Shown piece by piece: positions 10,679-20,000 of a stretch of 20,000 nt of DNA. Within the stretch, counting starts at the first letter, position 1. Each line of letters starts with the position of its first letter. The stretch spans positions 396,300-416,299 of the forward strand of contig NW_014577076.1 of assembly GCF_000485595.1 (NCBI RefSeq), given 5' to 3'. Below the pieces are notes generated by a model that saw only the letters and a program-made list of their open reading frames with translations, was not told where the DNA came from and did not search any database. The position numbers and the translations under genes are program-made. This DNA comes from Priapulus caudatus (lineage: Eukaryota).

Positions 10679-11473
10679 GTTACACTCAACCTTAGATGGC
10701 TTCTACTGCCTATGTACTACTTAGCTGACCTCTACGTGAAATTGTGTTATGATACAATGTACGTTGGAGAGGTGTCATTATCACTGTGCAACTTATAAGA
10801 ATCTCGTATTGTACCGTTGCGTGTAGGTTGAAGTATTGTGATACCAATGATATAGGAATCTTTTTAGTTTTAAAACAAATTGTGATTTAGACTCAATTTC
10901 TAAGTAAGTTATATCACACTTTTTTTATCAGTTTTTCGACCTGAATGTCCTGTGATTAGATTATAAAATGTGATGGGTGATTAGACTATAAAAAATATAA
11001 AAATGAAATCATTGGAACGTTTGAACGTTCATTATTCATATTTCATGCATTTTTCTTTTGGCAGCAAATCAGTTCTGCGGTTTCTAGCTGTGTGACATTA
11101 ATTGAAGCCACATGTTTTTATATGGCTTGCTACTAAGCATAGACAAATAGCTATATGATCGTGCAATATCAAGAATTCCATATATTACAAATATATTATT
11201 TATATGAGAATGCTATGCCTTTTTTCTCTTTCTGTATTCTAGATATATCACACATACCATAATAACATGTGTAATGTTTTTTTTATAATACAAGAATACT
11301 GAATATACAACTCAGCGAATTGAAATTGAAAGATTCATCAAGTAAATTAAATTTAAATTTTATAAAATGCTTTGATGCCTTTTAGAAGTCATCCAGAATT
11401 CAAAGTATATAATACTTTATAGTAGTATACTAATACAAGCAAATATACTTGCCAGTTTCTAAACTCTAGTGTG

Positions 11474-13161
11474 TCACGTTTTTAGCGTCTTCTTGAATCG
11501 CAGATACTGTTAAAAGTAATGATAACTTATCATAGGCATATAGGCCAGTTAATAACAAAATTACAATGAACAACATTTCCTAATACTAATAATTCCAACC
11601 TACAGTGATAGGTTATTTACAGAAGCTTCATTATCAGTAATTAACACTAATTATATTAACACGTAAGCTACTGGCTTCATTTGAAGACAACTGGGTATAT
11701 CACTTGCACTGTACTAATCACAACGAGTGCGGGAAACCGTATGTCATGTAACTATTTTTTATGTTATACTGTGTCCCAAATCAGGGGAATATAAACATGA
11801 CCCTTTAACATAGTCAAATCTGGCATGAAGCTTAGAACAAAGCTTACACAAGCAGACGGTAGGATAGAAAAAAATCTTCCGCAGGCAGAATTCGCGAAAT
11901 GGAAATTAAATGCAGTCACACTGCAAAACATAATTTTAAACTAGGTGCAGAACAGGAGAACAGAAACCTATTGCAGACACACTACAGGCGACAGGAGAAT
12001 GCAATGTTTTTTCATGCAGTTTGCAAGAGAAAGAATATTAAAGTGCAAGATTCGTTGGGAGAACAAGTCATTGCCAGCAGGTCTCAGGGTTAGATAGAAC
12101 ATAAAGGTAAGTGGACAGCAGTAAAGTAGAAAGGCAAGCTGGCAGAAAAAAACTATTTGTCCAAACCTTTTTCCTACTCTGTATTGCTTGTTCAAGCCAT
12201 ACTAACTCCATCTCAATGTTCCTTCTAAGAGAAATCAGGGAGTCCTGGTCTGCCAAACTTGTGAGGTCAATTGCAAGATCATCATCTGTTCCACTGCAGG
12301 ATAGCTCTACGTGAAAAGTACATTTAAACGTTTTAATAGAACTGTGTAATTAATTCACATTTGATTTAATGATGTATGCTTGTGGTTAATGATGTCCTAT
12401 TTAATTTGTCTCAACTGTTAAACAGTTATGCTCAGCAACATTATTTTTTTAATATCTCAATTAATCATTAAACAATATAGTCGGTTTCTCTGCTCACAGC
12501 TAGTTTACGTATGTAAAATCAGGGATATACCTTTCACCTCATGATGACCATTTATATCTATAGAGTCTACATGTCCCAGGGTTGAATCATGAAGACCAAA
12601 GACAGTGTGCATCTCACCCAAAGGCTCTAGTGTATGTCCATCAACAATTGCTGGGAAGTCTGTCCCTGTAGCATCCTTGCTCCCTAATATTATACTGTCA
12701 AGTGACGCACTTGTAGATTTCTCGTGTATAATACTGCTGATGTGAACTTTCTTGACATCACATTGAATGTCAGAAATTTCTGGGTTGCATTCTGTGCTAA
12801 GCTCTTCACAAACACATGCTTGGACTTCCTTATGCACCATGCGCCGAGCACTATCAACATTTACCGGCACAGAAGTTTGAAGTTCTTGCTGATGGTTTTC
12901 AAACGTGTGTAGGTGACTAGACGCTCCACATCCATCGTTGTCAGCTTCGAAGTCATTGCACTCACACACAGCGAGTTGATCTTCAAGTTCTACATGCAGA
13001 GTTGATGAACAGACACCACTTGCAAATTTTGGGAAGCATGGAGAGCTAGTCGGCCAGCACACGGTGCTGGAGGAATTCAATTCTATCTCCCTGAAGGTTT
13101 CTTCAAACAATCGCCTACTTTCCTGCATTCGCTGGCGTACAAGTCTTCCTCGAAATGCTGC
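11474..13161 (-). CDS. IQCC: IQ domain-containing protein C-like, 5'-partial; exons 13161-12531, 12306-12167, 11506-11474
   Basis: Exon begins AAFRGRLVRQR (second half of the IQ motif xxxRGxxxR), followed by FEETFREIE..VCWP..PCFPKF. C-terminus LRRNIEMELVWLEQAIQSRKK|YLRFKKTLKT* matches the IQCC signature MELxWLxQAIxSRKxYL. GT-AG introns with compatible phases; 804 nt in total. Confidence 0.85.
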
Positions 13162-13499
13162 CTGTTAGAACAAAATCGTTTAAAAAAATTAGACATGAAA
13201 ACGTATATTTAGGTATATATATCATGTTAACATAGCAAAAATGAGCAAATTCAGCATCTACAAACTTTTGCTGGCCATCAAGCGCCACCAAGCAGTAGGT
13301 ACCGATAGGATGCAGGTGTTCCCAGTAATGGGGGATTGTCACTGAAACAGCGGTTCCTTCCATCCCAGGTTCACAACTCTACTGTCCAACCTTTTGCTGT
13401 AATATTGTGTAATAGACAGAATACACGATTCAGCAATATTTCAGTGAGCCCTCGAAGCCTACAGCTGTGCAAGGAAATCTGGCTAACGAAGTTCAACCA

Positions 13500-14410
13500 G
13501 AGAGACCGGGTACAAGGTGACATTGCGCAATAGATGCGTTGTTCCCCGACCGCCGAGAGCGGTTAAGCCGCGCACTTCCGCGGGACTGGGCGCACGCGAC
13601 CGCGGTGTGTTGTATATAGCATCTCGCGCTGCCCGCTATACGAATTCGCGCGCCGAATCCGTATAGCGGGAAGCGTAACATCGCGCAGTTTTCGTCACAC
13701 ACCGGCTCGGCTATAGCGGCCTTGGGTGGGGGCATTTGCTGCTGCTGCTGCAGAGCCGCGCTGCGCGGCAGGGGCGAGTTTTGGTTGCTGCTGCTACTTT
13801 GCCAGTATCTACTTAGCTACGTGTAAAAACTGGCACGGCCACGCCACCACGTGCTCACAGTATTCGCTCGCCACGCCAGCGCAGGTGCTCGCACGACGTG
13901 CCGTCGCCACGGGCAGCGCGAGGTCAATAGGTTGGTAAAACCTCGCACGTACGCAGTCAGGCGCCGGCACGGCGTCAGCACTTTCGGAGATAGCATCTAG
14001 GCCCCGCCACCCCACGTGGAGCGCCGTACGACACTTCGTAAAAAGCTCTGTGATAGACATAACTCTATACTCGGCAGTAGCGCCCGTCATCGCGTAGCGG
14101 CCAATGAGCGAGCGCGTCATCGCTGATTGACAGCATTTCTGGAATTTTCTTGTAGGAGCCACTACGTCTTAGCCATGAGGCGCGCCACTCCAAAAAAAGT
14201 TTAGGGACCGTTTGGAGATGGCCTCAAGCCGTCCATCCCGAAATGTCGGTTGGATTGCGCCCAGTTTTCGCGGAGTGCGTTTTCAGACCCCTGTCTAAGG
14301 TATCTGTCTAAGTGGACAAAAAGGGGGCGGCGTATTCGCTGTTGGGGCGCGGCTTTGCCGCGAGCTGTGCGCTGCGCGCAAAAACCGGGGCCGCAAGTCC
14401 GTCCAGTAGG
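13500..14410. promoter_or_regulatory. GC/CpG-rich island upstream of the first detected IQCC-like exon (possible promoter/5' region, or inserted element)
   Basis: Abrupt rise in GC and CpG content versus AT-rich flanks; contains CCAAT, GC-box-like and CACGTG motifs; no convincing ORF. Confidence 0.4.
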
Positions 14411-14519
14411 ATGCCATCACAATCACTAACAGACTGAGTAGATGAAGAGATTCAAATTAATAATCCATTGGATTGCTTTAGAAAACATCATCAGTGCAAA
14501 AAAATTGCATTTTCTCTGA

Positions 14520-14617
14520 GACCAGAATAAATTGGAATCAAGAAAACAAACAAGAAACACCTTACGGGGTTGTAAGGTGTTTCTTGTTTGTTTTCTTGAT
14601 TCCAATTTATTCTGGTC
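14520..14617. repeat. Perfect 46-bp-arm hairpin (mini foldback element)
   Basis: GACCAGAATAAATTGGAATCAAGAAAACAAACAAGAAACACCTTAC-GGGGTT-exact reverse complement. Confidence 0.9.
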
Positions 14618-14901
14618 GTAGTAATAGCTCGTCAACCTCAAAATATTCCTACAGTGCAATATCAGTAGGCGCTGTCCTGCAGTTGATGAGCTATGCTATG
14701 AACCACTCTTGTTCTACATATTGTTAAATATACTTATCTGTCAGGAATCATCAAGCAAAGCTAACAAATACCACATAGAAATGATCCAGCGACAATGTGC
14801 ATACTTCTAGCAACAGCACATCTTGTCAGAAATAGAATCTCTTGGGTGAAACTGGAGAGAAGAAGCATAATTAAAGGAGAGCTACTATACCAGATAACTT
14901 A

Positions 14902-15947
14902 CAGGGTTCATAGTAGTAAGACACATGTTGAAATAAGGACTTATAAGACTCTTTCTGGAAGCCGAAATAATACTTTTTTACGCGATTTCTGATAGATCAC
15001 CGACTATTAAAGTACACTAATAATATCAAGAGCATATAAGGAAGGAGAGCGTACAATGGTAAAATGCTGAAACCATGTTGCAGTATTAGTCGAATTAATA
15101 AACTTTCCCTGTGTTATTTTGACGATTCTTTGCAGTATTATTGATCAGCTGTCCTACCTTGTTCATATAAAACAAACCGCATGTCCCTACAATGCACATA
15201 CGCTGAGATAATGAGTGGTGAAAATCTGGTATTTTCGCTGAACACCGACTAGACATTAGTCAATACTGCGACCCTCTCTCGAAGTGTGGCCAGTGTGTTG
15301 CTTCCGGTCGCCGCTGTGTAGCGCCATAGTGGCGCTGACTCACGTCATACTACCAGAGTTTACTATACATCTAGCATGAGGTGGGCGTGAGGTGGGCACA
15401 GGTGGGGGTCATCACTATGGCAATCAATAACAAACGTCATTCATTCCATTTGTCAATCATTGACGGAAACACGCGAGGTTTACCGAAGTTATAACACTTC
15501 GAGAGACAGTCACAGTAACTGACTGATCTCGAGTCAGTTTTCGGCAAAAATACCAGATTTTCACCGCTCATTATCTCAGCGTATGGGCATCGTAAGGACA
15601 TGCGGTTTGTTTTATATGAACAAGGTAGGACAGCTGATCAATAATACTGCAAAGAATCGTCAAAATAACACAAGGAAAGTTTATTAATTCGACTAACACT
15701 GCAACATGGTTTCACCATTTTACCGTTGTACGCTCTCCTTCTTTATATGCTCTTGATAATATTTATATAAAGCCGTTTCACCGAAATTCAACACAGAAAA
15801 TGTTGAAAAATGGTCCTTTGGCAAAAAATAAAGACTATTAAGTACTTTTCTAAGATTTCACTAAAAACAAGTACTAATAAGGGCCCTTATTTTATTTTTG
15901 GCAAAATAAGTACTTATAAGACTTTGGAAGACCCGCTACGAACCCTG
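14902..15947. mobile_element. hAT-like non-autonomous element interrupted by a nested foldback element
   Basis: Ends CAGGGTTCATAG / CTACGAACCCTG; subterminal AATAAG(G/T)ACTTATAAGACT motif near both ends; TTA flanks both sides. Confidence 0.55.
15027..15755. mobile_element. 729-bp foldback transposon with ~260-bp TIRs and 7-bp TSD
   Basis: CAAGAGCATATAAGGAAGGAGAGCGTAC... inverted at ...GTACGCTCTCCTTCTTTATATGCTCTTG; ATAATAT duplicated at 15020-15026 and 15756-15762. Confidence 0.88.
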
Positions 15948-16460
15948 TTACTGCTATGTCGAAGTTACCACAAACTGTCCCATATCAGCTTCAGCATCGA
16001 TCCAAGGAACCCAGCACTGATTCTTCCAGCCCTGCTCACGTGTGAAAAGCTACTACTATCAGTATCAGAGCTTCATTTCATACAGTGGAACCGATATCCG
16101 TACTACACTGAAGATATCACACAACAGACCGAATTAGATTGTCTATATTTTTAAAATATTTAACTTGAGAAACTTGTGCTTAGCACTGGACCCAGCCATT
16201 CACACCAACTAGCTGTCAATACTTGCTGAACCTGCCTATCTAACTGTGACCATCTACAAGGGTGTCATGTTCTCAGTTAGCTCTACCTGTGTAGCCCCTT
16301 TGCTCTCATCACAGGTAGCATGTGCAGTAGGTATTCCAAGTGAGATGGTTTATATAATAATTGTTCCTAAACCTGCGATGTTGCTGTGCTGGGAATGCTG
16401 TTTCAAGATTGCTATGCAGATAATTTCATCTTGAGTTAGGCATTTGGTACTCATAAAGAT

Positions 16461-16755
16461 CAGGGGTAAAAATAAGGAGACAAAAAGAGATGGTCCACAC
16501 TCCACAGGACCATCTAGTTTGAAATTTAGATGGTCCTCCTAAATTTCAAATTGTTCTCTAAAAGTAATGCGGCGTGCAAGCGTAAGAAAGAGATTTTACA
16601 TGGTGATAAAATGGTTTAATTATTCACCTACAATGAATGTATCAAATGATACAATAATTGTTTATTCACTTTTTATATTGGAACAGAGAAACTTTAAAGA
16701 AAATTACCGTAAAATGGGACCAAAATATTGACTTTGAAAATCTGATGGTCCTACT
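16461..16755 (+). mobile_element. Possible truncated hAT-like end (CAGGGGT start, GATGGTCC subterminal repeats)
   Basis: CAGGGGTAAAA at 16461; GATGGTCC/GGACCATC repeated four times; no matching right end found. Confidence 0.3.
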
Positions 16756-16767
16756 GATTATTTGATA

Positions 16768-16826
16768 GCCATTATAATTAATATATATAGAGTATATATA
16801 ACTCTATATATATTCATTATAATGGC
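16768..16826. repeat. AT-rich 26-bp-arm hairpin
   Basis: GCCATTATAATTAATATATATAGAGT...ACTCTATATATATTCATTATAATGGC, one mismatch. Confidence 0.8.
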
Positions 16827-17175
16827 AACACAGCACACTCGCAGCGGTGAGTGCGGGAGCGTTCTGCATTAGTTTTTGTGAAAGAAAGTTGATATACAGT
16901 CACACAACAGTGGAAGTGTAATTGAGAGGTCATATTTGTGAACGTGCGTTCATATTATTTTCAGTTTTAACTTACTAATTCTAGCTGTCCCAAGTGCCTG
17001 TGGCTGTGCGCACACACGCACATACTGCGACACACATAATATATGTTATGTGTGCTGTAGACTACAGCCTGAGTACAGCACTACAGCACACAGACTACAC
17101 TACATCATAGTCGGTGGTAGACAGTCACAGTGTCAGTAACTGTGACAGTGTGCACGGACTACTGTAGTACTGTAC

Positions 17176-17473
17176 AGTGTAGGCTAGATACAATAATGTA
17201 ACCCTCACCCAGGATAGGTTCCTATAGGTTTGGGTTACATTATTGCATCTAAATTAAGTGTAGGCTAGCTCTAGTACTATAGCCCGCGTACAGTTGCTGC
17301 AGGCAAATGGCAACTGCGGCAACGAGGCCTGCGGCAACTGTACACGGGCTATAGTACTAGAGCTAAGTGTAGGCTAGATACAATAATGTAACCCAAACCC
17401 AGGATAGGTTCCTGGGTTTGGGTTACATTATTGTATCTAAGTGTAGGCTAGCTCCAAGAAACGGTCTTTGCTA
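17176..17473. mobile_element. Tandem stack of TAG...CTA palindromic mini-transposons separated by the identical 9-bp repeat AGTGTAGGC (AcademH-like MITEs)
   Basis: Repeat at 17176, 17257, 17366, 17440; units 17185-17251 (A1), 17266-17365 (B, 39-bp arms), 17375-17439 (A2, perfect 30-bp arms), 17449-17473 (degenerate). Confidence 0.85.
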
Positions 17474-17741
17474 CTATGCTAGGGTTAGGGGACCCTCAAT
17501 GTGTATATATTGACGTTAGTCACACAGCCTGGTCGGGTTAAGTGTAGCTGTAGGCTAGCCACAAGTTCCTTAACACTACCTCCTACCTACCACCTACCTA
17601 CAAGGTCCTTAACACGTTCCTTAACAAGTTCGCTTAACACTACGTGGCGAGAGGACAGTCGAGAGGCCGTGTAACAGTCGGAGAGCCTGGTCGGTTTAGC
17701 CGTAGGCCTACTGTGTAACATGCGTTAGTGACAGCTGCGAC

Positions 17742-18041
17742 TAGGGGCAGCGCTTCTCCCAAGTCCGAAAGGCGCCGAATTATTTAACTTGATTTTTTTT
17801 TGAATTTCAATTAGGGGGATAGGGTTAGGGTTAGGATTACTATTAGGGTTAGGATTAGGATTAGGGTTAGGATTAGGATTAGGGTTAGGGTTAGGGTTAA
17901 GGTTAATTAACTGATTTCTATATCCACAACTTATTTATACTAATAATGCGCCATCTAGCGGATCACTATCTTTCCTCTGAGACCTATGAATGAATGAATG
18001 AATGACCTACTATTTCGGACTTGGGAGACGCGCTGCCCCTA
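17742..18041. mobile_element. MITE with ~30-bp TIRs containing TTAGGG/TTAGGA telomere-like tract and (GAAT)n
   Basis: CTAGGGGCAGCGCTTCTCCCAAGTCCGAAA vs TTTCGGACTTGGGAGACGCGCTGCCCCTAG (1 mismatch); telomeric tract 17811-17905. Confidence 0.85.
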
Positions 18042-18449
18042 GAGGCATTCGTTAGTGACTACCAAAGATCGTATAGTGCCGGAGGCACAAGATAAACCAC
18101 TCTCCAATATTAGCGTAGTAGGTCATGGGTCGCCACAACCACCATTTTAGGAAGCAAGTTCACACGAAGTTCCCGGATGTTGCTGTATCTGCTACTGTGC
18201 AACTGTCTGCTGTGTGCTGTCAGCTCAGCTTACTGTTCTGCTGTAAATTGCTCGAATCATCAGTGTAAGCCCGACCTGTCTTTCTTCAGGTTCCCCAAGA
18301 ATACGGAAAGGTGAGAAAACATTCTTTTTTGTCGAATCCATCGTGAAAGAGTTGTTCAATCTCGTTGAAACATGAGTATCGCAGTGGCAGTGCAGTGGCT
18401 CTCTTATTCTTGTTGTTTGTGTATACACAGGGCGTACGTGGCGGTGTTG

Positions 18450-18604
18450 TGTGTTGCAGATGAGCATTTAAACGGCATTTACAGCAAGTTATCGACAATA
18501 ATAGGCAAAATAGAGTAGAGAACATTAATACTTTGAATAGTAGATACATTTAGTGTTTATTTACCATTATTTGTTTGAGACGGTCCAATGAAGTGCCTGT
18601 GCAC
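18450..18604 (+). repeat. Diverged single-arm copy of the 1503-1898 foldback element
   Basis: TGTGTTGCAGATGAGCATTTAAACGGCATTT...AATAATAGG...GAGTAGAGAACATTAA...AAGTGCCTGTGCAC aligns by eye with 1744-1902. Confidence 0.75.
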
Positions 18605-18636
18605 TGTACCACTGTCGGACACTACACCACTGCACT

Positions 18637-18767
18637 TAGTCCGAGATTCCTCTGACCAATGCCCACACCGACGATTTTGGTGGTTTTGGTGTGGTGGTGT
18701 GGAACTAACCCACACCAAAACCACCAAAATCGTCGGTGTGGGCATTGGTCAGAGGAATCTCGGACTA
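18637..18767. mobile_element. 131-bp TAG...CTA palindromic MITE with 9-bp TSD (AcademH-like), nested in the 18063-19088 element
   Basis: Perfect ~58-bp arms TAGTCCGAGATTCCTCTGACCAATGCCCACACCGACG...; CACTGCACT duplicated at 18628-18636 and 18768-18776. Confidence 0.92.
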
Positions 18768-19605
18768 CACTGCACTGTGTACATACTAACATAGTAACAT
18801 CCGATTATGAATCATTGTTAGATTTTTGTACACTTGAATGAGAGATTTGATACAGCTATTGCCAGTATTGGCATAAAAATATTATCTATTAGGCCTACAT
18901 TATATTATAATATATATAATATATGTGTTAACCATGGTTATCCATATTATTTCTATGTATCAAACAGACGCGGAGCGGGTTTTGCTTCCCAAAATGGCGG
19001 ACGTGCCGCTCCATTACGTACTACACGTCATTGCACGTGATTTCGCATGAGTGGTTTATCTTGTGCCTCCGGCACTATACGATCTTTGGTGACTACTGAC
19101 AAGTACTAGTAGTACTAGTAGTGGGTGCAAAGTTGCGTTTGTACCATAGCATGACGAGCAGTTATTCAACTTTTCATCTCAGACGCAGACGACCGTAATA
19201 GTAATACTAATAGAGCATTAAACACATAATAGTGTCGATTTTGTTTACATTTGAAAAAGACGCTGCAATAACTGGAATATATCTTTCGACAGGTGGCGCA
19301 ACACGGACAATAACAGAACAGCGGTAGTTCTCAGGTTTACATGTTGCAGTTGCACCAGCATGTCGAAATCTATGTAGAAATAACATTAGCAATGTAAAGA
19401 TAACCTACTATCTCTAAAGATACTAAGCTAGGTATAGTGACAAAGCATGCAGCCAACTGAAGGGTCGCTTCTGACATAGCCACCTAGTTGTTAACATGGA
19501 TAATATATGTGAAGACGATATGATGATGATACCAGACCAGAAATATGAATGTAAGTTAGGCCCTACTCAGACGTCGACTGACCAGGTTGTACTGGCAGTG
19601 GCACT

Positions 19606-19957
19606 GGGCGCAAATCCACTTTAGGCACCTTATGTATCACGAACTTACGAAGTGATGCACAAATTTCTGTGTATCATCAACTGATGCACAGACTTTTCGT
19701 ATATCAAGGAATGATGCAAAAACCCTAACCCTAACCCTAACCCTAACCCTAACCCTAAGTCATAAAGTATAACCTTACTCCTTAGGTATCACGAAGTGTG
19801 TTATGGTTAGGGTTAGAGTTGGGCTTAGGGTTAGGGTTAGGGTTTTTGCATCATTCCTTGATATACGGAAATTCTGTGCATCAGTTGATGATACACAGAA
19901 ATCTGTGCATTACTTCGTGATACCTAAGGCTAAGGTGCCTAAAGTGGATTTGCACCC
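19606..19957. mobile_element. Foldback MITE whose arms end internally in telomeric repeats
   Basis: GGGCGCAAATCCACTTTAGGCACCTTA... / ...TAAGGTGCCTAAAGTGGATTTGCACCC; (CCCTAA)6 at 19723-19758 and degenerate (TTAGGG)7 at 19801-19842. Confidence 0.88.
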
Positions 19958-20000
19958 CCATTTTCTCTATCCTTGGGCCCATTGTTTTTGTAGGTACCGA

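Larger units (their letters stand above)
18063..19088. mobile_element. 1026-bp non-autonomous DNA transposon, perfect 40-bp TIRs, 8-bp TSD (P-element-like CA...TG ends, or hAT)
   Basis: CAAAGATCGTATAGTGCCGGAGGCACAAGATAAACCACTC at 18063-18102, exact inverse at 19049-19088; GTGACTAC duplicated at 18055-18062 and 19089-19096. Confidence 0.92.

Noticed and set aside
13493..14162. ORFs 13493..13735, 13726..13938 and 13809..14162 as genes
   Set aside because: Ala/Arg/Cys-rich translations typical of GC-rich non-coding DNA; no recognisable domain or splice support.
17176..17473. Bona fide CRISPR array
   Set aside because: Eukaryotic context, repeats are only 9 bp, the 'spacers' are palindromic with transposon-like ends, and no cas genes are present; the resemblance is architectural only.
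18557..18841. Twin ORFs MPTPTILVVLVW... on both strands
   Set aside because: Artefact of the palindromic MITE at 18637-18767.
18833..18875. Minus-strand ...SLIQ|GT as the IQCC first exon
   Set aside because: In-frame stop upstream with no ATG, weak donor, and located inside a transposon.
19723..19842. Chromosome fusion site or true telomere
   Set aside because: Orientation is CCCTAA then TTAGGG (opposite to a fusion), tracts are short, and they sit within the inverted arms of a MITE.

Overview
Animal (probably invertebrate; TTAGGG telomere motif) genomic DNA with two convergent spliced genes and a dense set of non-autonomous DNA transposons. Plus strand 2124-10678: a 15-exon ADAM17/TACE-type metalloprotease (prodomain, cysteine switch, furin site, [12 protein letters not shown] zinc site, disintegrin, membrane-proximal/CANDIS, TM, tail). 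Its signal-peptide exon was not found, and it may have two alternative cytoplasmic tails. Minus strand 13161-11474: a 3-exon IQCC-like gene whose first exon was not found. Introns and the 13.5-20 kb region hold many foldback/TIR elements, several nested. Most unusual: (i) a CRISPR-like stack at 17176-17473 of different TAG...CTA palindromic mini-transposons separated by an identical 9-bp repeat AGTGTAGGC; (ii) a Penelope-type minimal hammerhead ribozyme (U3-A8 variant) in sense inside an ADAM17 intron; (iii) three unrelated GGG...CCC foldback elements carrying internal telomeric repeats. All calls come from manual reading; no database searches were run.
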